From Novosphingobium sp. 17-62-19 (lineage in GTDB: Bacteria; Pseudomonadota; Alphaproteobacteria; Sphingomonadales; Sphingomonadaceae): 64,000 bases of DNA. The stretch covers positions 6,715 through 70,714 of the forward strand of contig NZ_NCII01000014.1 in the NCBI RefSeq assembly GCF_002256775.1. Reading direction: 5' to 3'. The position numbers were made by a program, and so were the translations under genes. The notes beneath the pieces were generated by a model. The model worked only from the letters and a program-made list of their open reading frames with translations. It did not search any database and was not told the DNA's origin. Shown in pieces: positions 16,920-25,025 of this stretch; within the stretch, counting starts at the first letter, position 1; every line of letters begins with the position of its first letter.

Positions 16920-18278
16920 ATGAAGCCCGAAACCACCTTCCGCCCCAGCTTCCGGCGCGCATCGTTTGCCAGCGTGCTGGTCCTTGCGCTTGCGCTGGGC
17001 GGATGCGGCATCTTCGGCGGCAAGGACAAGGCCAAGACCACACCCACTTTGGGCCAGCGCGAACCGATCCTGTCCAAGATCGAAGCGGGCACCAAGGTTG
17101 ACGAGTCGATCGGGCTGATGACGGTCGTTCTGCCCGCGCCCGAAGTGAACACCGAATTTGCACAGGGCGGCGGCAACGCCAGCAAATCCTATGGCCATGC
17201 CGCCATTGCTGAAGGCCCGACCAAGGCTTGGACCGTCAGCATTCGCGGTTCGTCCGCCACGCAGCGCCTCGCCGCTTCTCCGGTTATCGGCGGTGGAAAG
17301 CTCTATGCGATGGACACCGAAGGCATGGTCCACGCGTTTGATGCGATCAGTGGCACCCGCGCTTGGCAAACCTCCGTCCGCGCGGAAAAGAGCAATTCAA
17401 GCTCCACCTTTGGTGGCGGCGCGTCGTTCGATGATGGCGTGGTCTATGTCACCAACGGCGTGGGCGAAGTCGCCGCGCTTGATGCCGGGACTGGCGAAAT
17501 CAAATGGCGGGTAAAGCCCGCTGGCCCGCTGCGTGGCTCACCGACCGTCGCCTTCGGACAGGTCATGGTGATGACGCAGGACAACCAGATCGTCACGCTC
17601 AACGCGTCTGATGGCGCGGTCCTGTGGAACGAAAACGCATCCGTAGGCCAGACCAACGTGTTCGGCGTCGCCTCTCCCGCAGCAGGGCAAGGCACCATCG
17701 TTGCAGGCTATTCCTCGGGCGAACTCGTGGCCTATCGCTATGAAAACGGCCGCCAGCTCTGGGCCGATGCCCTTGCACGCACCAGCATCGCCACCTCGGT
17801 TTCCACGCTGACCGATATCGATGCCGATCCGATCATCGAAAACGGCCGCGTTTATGCGCTGGGGCAGGGCGGGCGCATGGCTGCCTACGAACTGGTCACC
17901 GGCCAGCGTATCTGGGAACTGAACCTCGCCGGCATTTCCACCCCGGCCATCGCGGGCGACTGGATTTTTGCCCTGACCGATGAAGCGAAGCTGCTGTGCA
18001 TCGCCAAGTCCAACGGTAAAGTCCGCTGGATGACGCAGCTTCAGCGCTTCAAGAACGAAAAGAAGAAAAAGAACCCGATCCTGTGGACTGGCCCGATTCT
18101 GGCGGGCAACCGCCTGTGGATCGCCAATTCGCGTGGTGAAGTAATGACCGCCTCGGTCACCGATGGCACCGCCAGCATGTTCACCGAACTCGGTTCGGGC
18201 GTCACACTCGCCCCCGTGGTCGCCAACCAGACGCTCTACATTCTGGATGACGGCGGAAAGATCACCGCTTTCCGTTGA
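16920..18278 (+). CDS. bamB: outer-membrane protein assembly factor BamB (PQQ-like beta-propeller lipoprotein)
   Basis: Lipobox LALGG/C after ATG 16920. Repeated beta-propeller blades (G.VYV....G.V.ALDA.TG...W). Confidence 0.85.
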   Translation: MKPETTFRPSFRRASFASVLVLALALGGCGIFGGKDKAKTTPTLGQREPILSKIEAGTKVDESIGLMTVVLPAPEVNTEFAQGGGNASKSYGHAAIAEGPTKAWTVSIRGSSATQRLAASPVIGGGKLYAMDTEGMVHAFDAISGTRAWQTSVRAEKSNSSSTFGGGASFDDGVVYVTNGVGEVAALDAGTGEIKWRVKPAGPLRGSPTVAFGQVMVMTQDNQIVTLNASDGAVLWNENASVGQTNVFGVASPAAGQGTIVAGYSSGELVAYRYENGRQLWADALARTSIATSVSTLTDIDADPIIENGRVYALGQGGRMAAYELVTGQRIWELNLAGISTPAIAGDWIFALTDEAKLLCIAKSNGKVRWMTQLQRFKNEKKKKNPILWTGPILAGNRLWIANSRGEVMTASVTDGTASMFTELGSGVTLAPVVANQTLYILDDGGKITAFR

Positions 18279-18321
18279 TCGCAAACGGTTTCCTAACCCT
18301 TCGGGCGTAACGGTCAAAGGC

Positions 18322-19656
18322 ATGACCGCGCGTCCCTCACTTCCGCAATCTGACGTCTCCGCAGGCGTCGGCCTCGCGGGCCTTGCAGGCCTGTTCTTCT
18401 GGATCATGGTCTGCCGCTCATGGCCGCAGATCGTCGATGCGTTCGGCCTCAACGCCCCGCATGAAGTGATGGACGGCCCCGGCGCGGCGATGATGGCTCT
18501 GGTTTTCTCCGGCACCGGCATGGTCGGCTGGTCCCTGCTGGTGGACAAGGTCCACCGGCGCACCAGCACCGGGATCGATTGGAGCGCTCCGCGCCCGATC
18601 CGCGAAATTCTCGACATCTCGATCACCAAGATCGCAGGCCTGTGGGCCACTTGGGCGGTGATCGGCTTCGCCTATTGCCTCGGTCGCTGGTACTGGCGCG
18701 GGCAATATGTCTTCGCGATGGAGGTGCTGGAAACCGTCGTGCCGGTGCTGTTCCTCGGCGCTATACCCTATGTCCTCTGGCTCGACCGCGTGCTGGTCAA
18801 TCCGCGTGACGCTTCATGGCACTTCGGCGCGATGCTCATCGGCCGCGAGCCATGGGAGGCCGCCGAAGTAAAGCGCCATGCCCTGTCGTGGCTGGTCAAA
18901 GGCTTCTTCTGCGCCTTCATGATCTCGATCGTCCCCGGCGGCTTTGGCGCGGTCGTGCGTTTCGATTGGAGCCACGCCTTCCACGATCCGGTAGAGTTCG
19001 CCTCGCTGCTGATCGAAACCATGTTCATGATCGACGTGCAGATCGCCATGGTTGGCTATCTCGTCACCATGAAGCCGCTCGACGCGCAGATACGCACCGC
19101 CAACCCGCACCTCGCGGCATGGGTCGCCGCGCTGATCTGCTATCCCCCGTTCATCCTCATGGGCGGCGGCGGGGTGTTGGACTACCATCACAACGGCGCG
19201 GAATGGCCGCACTGGCTGGCCGGGCAAGACGTGCTGCTGTGGATCTGGGCCGTAGCGCTGGTGATCCTGACCGGCATCTATGCCTGGGCCACGGTCGCCT
19301 TCGGCCTGCGCTTTTCGAACCTTACCTATCGAGGCGTGCTGACCAACGGTCCCTACCGCTTCACCCGTCACCCGGCCTACCTGTCGAAAAACGCCTACTG
19401 GTGGCTGGCGGGCCTGCCGTTCCTCACCACCAGCGGCTCATGGGTCGATGCCATCCGCAACACCGCGCTGCTCGCCATCGTCAGCGGCGTCTATTACTGG
19501 CGCGCTCGCACCGAGGAAAAGCATCTGCTGGCAGAAGATGCCAAGTACCGCGAATACCATGCATGGATGGCAGAGCATGGCCCGATCACGCGCACCCTGC
19601 GCAAGCTCACCCGCGCGCTGACGCCAAGATCACCGGCCGCCCAACCCGCCGAGTAG
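18322..19656 (+). CDS. polytopic membrane protein with a C-terminal ICMT/PEMT-type methyltransferase domain
   Basis: NGPYRFTRHPAYLSKN and RTEEKHL motifs of the isoprenylcysteine carboxyl methyltransferase family. The ~250-aa N-terminal multi-TM extension is unassigned. Trimmed to ATG 18322. Confidence 0.65.
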   Translation: MTARPSLPQSDVSAGVGLAGLAGLFFWIMVCRSWPQIVDAFGLNAPHEVMDGPGAAMMALVFSGTGMVGWSLLVDKVHRRTSTGIDWSAPRPIREILDISITKIAGLWATWAVIGFAYCLGRWYWRGQYVFAMEVLETVVPVLFLGAIPYVLWLDRVLVNPRDASWHFGAMLIGREPWEAAEVKRHALSWLVKGFFCAFMISIVPGGFGAVVRFDWSHAFHDPVEFASLLIETMFMIDVQIAMVGYLVTMKPLDAQIRTANPHLAAWVAALICYPPFILMGGGGVLDYHHNGAEWPHWLAGQDVLLWIWAVALVILTGIYAWATVAFGLRFSNLTYRGVLTNGPYRFTRHPAYLSKNAYWWLAGLPFLTTSGSWVDAIRNTALLAIVSGVYYWRARTEEKHLLAEDAKYREYHAWMAEHGPITRTLRKLTRALTPRSPAAQPAE

Positions 19657-19659
19657 GCG

Positions 19660-19959
19660 TCAGACTTCGACGCCCTCGTCGGTTTCAAACACGCGAATCT
19701 TGCGCTCAAACAGCCCAAGTCCGGCGCGCTCCTGCGCCCACACCTTCATGTGCGCGGCCTTGAAATGCGCATCGAGTGCGGCCTTATCGCGCCACTTCTC
19801 GGCAACATGGATCAGTTCGTGATCAAGCACGTCCTGCGCATAGGCATATCGGATGCACCCGTCCTCGGCCAATGTCGCCGCGATGACCTTGGCCATCATT
19901 GGCCGGATCGCCTCGATGTTCTCAACCGGAACGCGAAACGTGCCCATCACGATAATCAT
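19660..19959 (-). CDS. antibiotic biosynthesis monooxygenase (ABM) domain protein
   Basis: ~99-aa ferredoxin-like ABM pattern (MIIVMGTFRV...YAYAQD...AEKW.D..ALDAHF...H). The ATG overlaps the gshA stop (ATGA). Confidence 0.7.
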   Translation of the reverse strand: MIIVMGTFRVPVENIEAIRPMMAKVIAATLAEDGCIRYAYAQDVLDHELIHVAEKWRDKAALDAHFKAAHMKVWAQERAGLGLFERKIRVFETDEGVEV

Positions 19960-21332
19960 CAGAAGCTCTTTTCGCCATAAACCTGCGAAAGATCGCCGCC
20001 CCACACGCCGTGATAGAGGTCGAGCAGTCGCTCAGCCGGGGTCTTCCCCGCAGCCACGATCTCGTCAAGCGGCTGCAGGTAACCGGTCTCGTTGTCGCCC
20101 GCCTCGTTCAGCATGGCCCGCGCCGAAAGTCCGCTGCGCGAAATCGCCAGCACTTCGGCGGCAATATCGCGCAACTTTCCGCCGCCCGGCAGCGAAGCGT
20201 CCAGCCCCAGCTTGGGTACTTCGGCACGCAGCTTTTCGCGCCCGTCCATGTCCCAATCCTTGACCAGATCCCACGCCGCATCCAGCGCCGTCTGGTCGTA
20301 AAGCAGGCCGACCCACAGCGCTGGCAATGCACAAATGCGGTTCCACGGCCCACCATCGGCCCCGCGCATTTCCAGGAACGACTTCAACCGCACTTCCGGG
20401 AAAGCGGTCGAAAGGTGGTCCACCCAATCGGAAGCCGTCGGCTTCTCACCCGGCAGCACCGACAGCTTGCCATCAAGGAAATCGCGGAAGGAAAGTCCCG
20501 ATGCATCGATGTACTTCCCATCGCGGAACACAAAATACATCGGCACATCAAGCATGTAGTCGACATAACGCTCGTAGCCGAACCCTTCGTCGAATACGAA
20601 CGACAGCATCCCCGTGCGCGCCGGATCGGTATCGGTCCAGATGTGGCTGCGATAGGAAAGGAACCCGTTGGGCTTGCCTTCCAGAAACGGTGAATTGGCG
20701 AACAGCGCCGTGGCCAGTGGCTGCAATGCCAGACTGGTGCGGAACTTCTTCACCATGTCAGCCTCGCTCGAATAGTCGAGATTGACTTGAATGGTGCAGG
20801 TCCGCAGCATCATGTCGAGGCCCATCGATCCCACGCGCGGCATGTGCCGCAGCATGATGTCATAGCGCCCCTTGGGCATGATCGGCAGCTCTTCGCGAGT
20901 CTTGTCGGGCCACAGGCCAAGGCCGAGATAGGCCAACCCCAGCTTGTCCCCAATCGTCTTGACTTGCGCCAGATGCCGCCCGGTTTCCGCGCAAGTCTGG
21001 TGCAGATTCACCAGCGGCGCGCCCGAAAGCTCCAATTGGCCCGCAGGCTCAAGACTCACCGCCCCGTCCGGCCCGGACATGGCAATCACCTTGCCGCCTT
21101 CCAGAATAGGCTTCCAGCCATATTCGGTCAGCGCCATCAGCAGGTCGCGAATGCCACCCTGCTCTTCATACGAAGGCGCGCGACGGTCCTCGGTCCGATA
21201 CACGAATTTCTCGTGCTCGGTGCCGATCCGCCACGCAGACTTGGGCTTTTCGCCCTTCTGCATGGGGGCCACGAGCATGTCGCGGCTTTCGATGATAGGA
21301 TCGTTGCGATCTGAAACTTGCCGCGTGCTCAT
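19959..21332 (-). CDS. gshA: glutamate--cysteine ligase, plant/alphaproteobacterial type (GCS2)
   Basis: 457 aa. RIGTEHEKFVY, TCTIQVNLD and PEVRLKSFLEMRGAD match the GCS2 family. Confidence 0.9.
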   Translation of the reverse strand: MSTRQVSDRNDPIIESRDMLVAPMQKGEKPKSAWRIGTEHEKFVYRTEDRRAPSYEEQGGIRDLLMALTEYGWKPILEGGKVIAMSGPDGAVSLEPAGQLELSGAPLVNLHQTCAETGRHLAQVKTIGDKLGLAYLGLGLWPDKTREELPIMPKGRYDIMLRHMPRVGSMGLDMMLRTCTIQVNLDYSSEADMVKKFRTSLALQPLATALFANSPFLEGKPNGFLSYRSHIWTDTDPARTGMLSFVFDEGFGYERYVDYMLDVPMYFVFRDGKYIDASGLSFRDFLDGKLSVLPGEKPTASDWVDHLSTAFPEVRLKSFLEMRGADGGPWNRICALPALWVGLLYDQTALDAAWDLVKDWDMDGREKLRAEVPKLGLDASLPGGGKLRDIAAEVLAISRSGLSARAMLNEAGDNETGYLQPLDEIVAAGKTPAERLLDLYHGVWGGDLSQVYGEKSF

Positions 21333-22018
21333 GCGCGCAGAATTCGCGGCCCCAGCGAAATCGCCACCGCCGCCGGATGCGCACGGACTGCCGCCCGCTC
21401 CGCCTCGTCAAAGCCGCCCTCCGGTCCCACCAGCAGCGCCGCCGGTCCCTTGTGCGCAGCAAAGGCTTCAGCCACCGGCTCCCCACCGTTCTCGTCAGCA
21501 AAGAACAGCACGCGTCCCTCGGGCCAATCCCGCAGCAAGGCGTCCAGCTTCACAGTCTCGCCCAGCACCGGCAGCGCTGTGCGCGCGCATTGCTCCGCCG
21601 CCTCCACCATGATCGTCCGCGCCCGCTCGGGGTTCAGCTTGTCCGCCACGCACCGCCGCGTCACCAGCGGCACCACGCGGCCCACGCCCAGTTCGGTCGC
21701 CTTTTCCAGCACCAGATCGAAGTTCGGCTTTTTCAGCAATGCCGCGCAAAGCCAGAAATCCGGCACATCCTCGCGCGCGCGGAGCTGCCGCTCAACCTCC
21801 AGCACTACGGCACGCTTGCCAACCTCGGCCACCTGCGCCAGCCATTCCCCGGTTACATCGTCGCACAGCACCACTGCATCGCCTGGCGCCACGCGCATGA
21901 CCTTGCCCAGATAGTGCGCTTGCCCACCCTCACTTTCCACGCGCTGCCCTTCGGACAGCGGCGTTTCGACAAACAGGCGAGGGGCCGATTTGGGCGGCCA
22001 AGCGGGAACAGCGGGCAT
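21329..22018 (-). CDS. rsmE: 16S rRNA (uracil1498-N3)-methyltransferase RsmE
   Basis: PRLFVE.PL, HYLGKVMRV..GD, a C-terminal GPEGGF and LGPRILRA. Confidence 0.85.
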   Translation of the reverse strand: MPAVPAWPPKSAPRLFVETPLSEGQRVESEGGQAHYLGKVMRVAPGDAVVLCDDVTGEWLAQVAEVGKRAVVLEVERQLRAREDVPDFWLCAALLKKPNFDLVLEKATELGVGRVVPLVTRRCVADKLNPERARTIMVEAAEQCARTALPVLGETVKLDALLRDWPEGRVLFFADENGGEPVAEAFAAHKGPAALLVGPEGGFDEAERAAVRAHPAAVAISLGPRILRA

Positions 22019-22064
22019 GATTTCGCCCCTAGCGCAATTCGCGCGGCGCGGTAAGGCTTACGCC

Positions 22065-22979
22065 ATGATCGAGACGGCACCTGCGCAAATCGTCCCCGAC
22101 AGCGAGCACAAGGGCCTCGTCGCCCGCCTGCCGCAGCCATGGCGCAATTATGCGTTGCTGGCGCGGTTTGACCGGCCCATCGGCTCGTGGCTGCTGTTCT
22201 GGCCCTGTGCATGGGGCCTGTTCCTCGGTGGTGCCACCGGCACATGGGGCGTCCTCGCATGGATGCTGCTGGGCGCGATCGCCATGCGCGGCGCTGGCTG
22301 CGTCTATAACGATATCGTAGATGCAGACCTCGACGCCCGCGTTGCCCGCACCGCGCTGCGCCCTATCGCCAGCGGTGCCGTGAGCAAGCGCGCGGCGTGG
22401 ATCTGGCTGCTCAGCCTATGCGGCGTTGGCCTCATTGTCCTGCTGCAACTGCGCTGGGAGGCACAACTGGTTGCCCTCGGCAGCCTCGCCCTCGTCGCCG
22501 CCTATCCTTTCATGAAGCGCATCACTGGCTGGCCGCAAGCATGGCTGGGCCTCGTCTTCACTTGGGGCGCTCCCGTCGGCTGGGTGCAGGCCACCGGCCT
22601 TGAAAATCTCGCCCCGCTGGCCGCGCTTTACGCCGGGTGCTGGGCATGGTGCATGGCCTATGACACGATCTACGCGCTGCAGGACCGTGAAGACGATGCG
22701 CTTGTCGGCATCGGTTCATCCGCGCTGTCGTTCGGGCGGCATGTAAAGACTGGCGTTGCCGCGCTCTATGCGCTGGCGCTGGCTTGTTGGGCCGGAGCCG
22801 TGTGGCTGGCGCGGCCCGATCCGCTGGCGCTGCTGGCCTTGCTGCCGGTCGCGGTCCATCTGGCCTGGCAGGTCCTGACATTGAAAGAAGACGGCACCGA
22901 TCCGCTCGTCAAGTTCCGCTCGAACCGCACCGCAGGCCTGCTGATGGCCGCCGCCTGCTACGTCGTCGGAGCCGCCTGA
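22065..22979 (+). CDS. ubiA: 4-hydroxybenzoate polyprenyltransferase
   Basis: LARFDRPIGSWLLFWPC.WG and the aspartate-rich NDIVDADLDARVARTALRPIASG motif. Trimmed to ATG 22065. Confidence 0.9.
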   Translation: MIETAPAQIVPDSEHKGLVARLPQPWRNYALLARFDRPIGSWLLFWPCAWGLFLGGATGTWGVLAWMLLGAIAMRGAGCVYNDIVDADLDARVARTALRPIASGAVSKRAAWIWLLSLCGVGLIVLLQLRWEAQLVALGSLALVAAYPFMKRITGWPQAWLGLVFTWGAPVGWVQATGLENLAPLAALYAGCWAWCMAYDTIYALQDREDDALVGIGSSALSFGRHVKTGVAALYALALACWAGAVWLARPDPLALLALLPVAVHLAWQVLTLKEDGTDPLVKFRSNRTAGLLMAAACYVVGAA

Positions 22980-23803
22980 GCGCCGAACAGCACCTCATGC
23001 CGCGCGCAGATTGCTGGCCAGAGCGTTGCAGCTTCCGGCACATCGAGCTGGAATACTTCGCGCAGAACGTCCATAAGTTCACCTGCCGAAGCCAGTTCCC
23101 GCCGCGCTTCGCCGCTTGCGCCAACGTCTGAAAGCACTTTCCCGCGCAGCATAAGATAGCGTTCGCCATCCCGCCGCTGCACCGTCAGATTCTGCACGAA
23201 CACCGAAGCCGGATCGTTGCACTGCCAATGACATAGCGCTGATAGCTGATCCTCATCCGCAGCTTCGGCGCGGAAGTCGTAAGACATGGCGCTCTCGCCC
23301 AAACCCACCGCAACGCGCCACAACCCATCGTCCGTCGTGCCAAGGCTGACCGGCAGGGGTGGCTGCATCCATGTTCCATGCTCAAGCGGCACCGGCGCAC
23401 CCAACCAACTGCCAAATCCGGCATCCACCAGCCATGTCCCTTCGCACTGCACCTGCAAGCACAGGTGCGTGCCCATGCTCTCGTCCCCGCGGAATTGCCG
23501 CATCACACCCGCACTCATGCGCATCACATCGAACCCGATGGCGGCCAGCGCCGCGCCCAGCACGCCGTTGTGTTCGTAACACCACCCCCCGCGCCGCGCC
23601 TCGACCAGCTTGGCAAAGGCAGCGGCGGGATCGGTGCTCAAAGGACGCCCAAGCTGGACGTCGATGTTCTCGAACGCGATCGCCTGCACATGCACACCGA
23701 CAAGCGCTTTCAACGTCGAGAGATCGGGCTGTGCGGCCCCGTCGAACCCGATCCGCGCCAGATAGGCGGCAAGCTGCTGCTGGTTCAGCGGTGCAATTGT
23801 CAT
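22958..23803 (-). CDS. arylamine N-acetyltransferase (NAT)
   Basis: YLARIGF, IAFENIDV and the active-site context RRGGWCYEHN. Trimmed to ATG 23803. Confidence 0.85.
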   Translation of the reverse strand: MTIAPLNQQQLAAYLARIGFDGAAQPDLSTLKALVGVHVQAIAFENIDVQLGRPLSTDPAAAFAKLVEARRGGWCYEHNGVLGAALAAIGFDVMRMSAGVMRQFRGDESMGTHLCLQVQCEGTWLVDAGFGSWLGAPVPLEHGTWMQPPLPVSLGTTDDGLWRVAVGLGESAMSYDFRAEAADEDQLSALCHWQCNDPASVFVQNLTVQRRDGERYLMLRGKVLSDVGASGEARRELASAGELMDVLREVFQLDVPEAATLWPAICARHEVLFGAQAAPTT

Positions 23804-23872
23804 GTGCGAGCGACCAGCATCAATCGAATCCCTTTCGGGCGCACTCTGCAATCGATACTTGTCATTCTGCAA

Positions 23873-23890
23873 CCTCAAGTTAGCTTCAGA
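23873..23890. promoter_or_regulatory. SoxR operator (SoxR box)
   Basis: CCTCAAGTTAGCTTCAGA matches the E. coli soxS operator palindrome CCTCAAGTTAACTTGAGG at 15 of 18 positions. It lies between the NAT gene and soxR. Confidence 0.65.
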
Positions 23891-23922
23891 TCAGCTGTTC
23901 TTGTCCGCAGTCGCCAAAGAGA

Positions 23923-24369
23923 GTGCAGATGCACCGCAACGATCTGATCCCCATCGGCACCCTGTCGCGCCGCACCGGCCTCGCGGTTTCCGCCATCCGT
24001 TATTACGAAGATCGCGGTCTTGTCACGTCGGTCCGCACAGGCGGCAACCAGCGGCGCTTCCTGCGCTCGGATATCCGCCGGCTAAGCTTCGTCCAGATCG
24101 CGCAGAAGCTGGGTCTGGGCCTGGCCGAGATCGAACGGGAACTCACCTCCCTGCCGCAGGGCCGCACGCCCAACATCATGGACTGGCAGAAGATCAGCCG
24201 CTCGCTCCGCAAGGAAATCGACAGCCGCATCCAGCTCCTCACCCGCACCCGCAACAAGCTCGATGAATGCATCGGCTGCGGCTGCCTCAGCCTCGACCGC
24301 TGCGCGCTCTACAACAAGGAAGATCGCGCGGCGGCAGGTGGGCCAGGGCCACGCTTCGTGCTGGATTAA
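23923..24369 (+). CDS. soxR: redox-sensitive MerR-family regulator SoxR
   Basis: MerR-type HTH IGTLSRRTGLAVSAIRYYEDRGL and the [2Fe-2S] ligand motif CIGCGCLSLDRC. The start is GTG 23923 or ATG 23929. Confidence 0.9.
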   Translation: MQMHRNDLIPIGTLSRRTGLAVSAIRYYEDRGLVTSVRTGGNQRRFLRSDIRRLSFVQIAQKLGLGLAEIERELTSLPQGRTPNIMDWQKISRSLRKEIDSRIQLLTRTRNKLDECIGCGCLSLDRCALYNKEDRAAAGGPGPRFVLD

Positions 24370-24644
24370 ATCCCGAGCGCCTTGCGCAGTTCAGCATTGA
24401 TCCGCGATTGCCAGCCTTTGCCAGTCGCACGGAACTTCTCGATCACATCAGGATCGAGGCGAAGGGTGACTTGCTTTTTGGGGTTTTCGGCAAAAGGTCG
24501 CCCAGCTTTGGTCAGCGTGCCCTGAGCGGCTCTAACGACTTTGCCACCAACCGAAAACTCGGCGCGAGCAAACTGCTCGTCCGTCCATTCAGGAAGATCG
24601 TCGTCATCCCAGTCGGTGGGCAAACTTGCGCTGTTCTCGGTCAT
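24366..24644 (-). CDS. brnA: BrnA antitoxin
   Basis: 92 aa ending VTLRLDPDVIEKFRATGKGWQSRINAELRKAL, which is typical of the BrnA family. Trimmed to ATG 24644. Confidence 0.8.
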   Translation of the reverse strand: MTENSASLPTDWDDDDLPEWTDEQFARAEFSVGGKVVRAAQGTLTKAGRPFAENPKKQVTLRLDPDVIEKFRATGKGWQSRINAELRKALGI

Positions 24645-24909
24645 TGCATTTCCGCATCGATATAACATGAACTCCACTATCGATCGGTGTCCACACAAAC
24701 ATGACCAATCTTCCGTCCAATGAACCATAAGTCTGGAACCTTGGTTCAGGGTAATCGAAGCGGTCATCATGGAGAGTGAATACTGGGCCACCTAAAATCT
24801 TGCCTGCATCAGCAAAATCTAGCCCCCGATCTTCAATGGTCCTCGCGCGTTTTGCAGGATCAAAGGTTACACGTAAGTTGAAACGTTCCTTCAATACTGC
24901 CCCCTGCAC
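24604..24909 (-). CDS. brnT: BrnT toxin (DUF497 ribonuclease)
   Basis: FDPAKRARTIEDRGLDFADA...DYPEPRF...G.LDGRLVMFVWTP......ISMRKCNDREQRK is the BrnT pattern. It overlaps brnA by 41 nt. Confidence 0.8.
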   Translation of the reverse strand: MQGAVLKERFNLRVTFDPAKRARTIEDRGLDFADAGKILGGPVFTLHDDRFDYPEPRFQTYGSLDGRLVMFVWTPIDSGVHVISMRKCNDREQRKFAHRLG

Positions 24910-25025
24910 AATAAGTTCAGATCATTCGAATCCTTCCCTTGGCTAAACGGGCTCAGCAAGGTGGGGCAATGCCCCAGGCGGGCCGAAGCCCAGTTGTCTT
25001 TTATGTAACTACAAAAATGCAAAAG

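Noticed and set aside
18163-18321. N-terminal extension of the ICMT-like ORF overlapping the 3' end of bamB
   Set aside because: The extension is out of frame within bamB coding sequence and has random-looking content. ATG 18322 downstream of the bamB stop is the sensible start.
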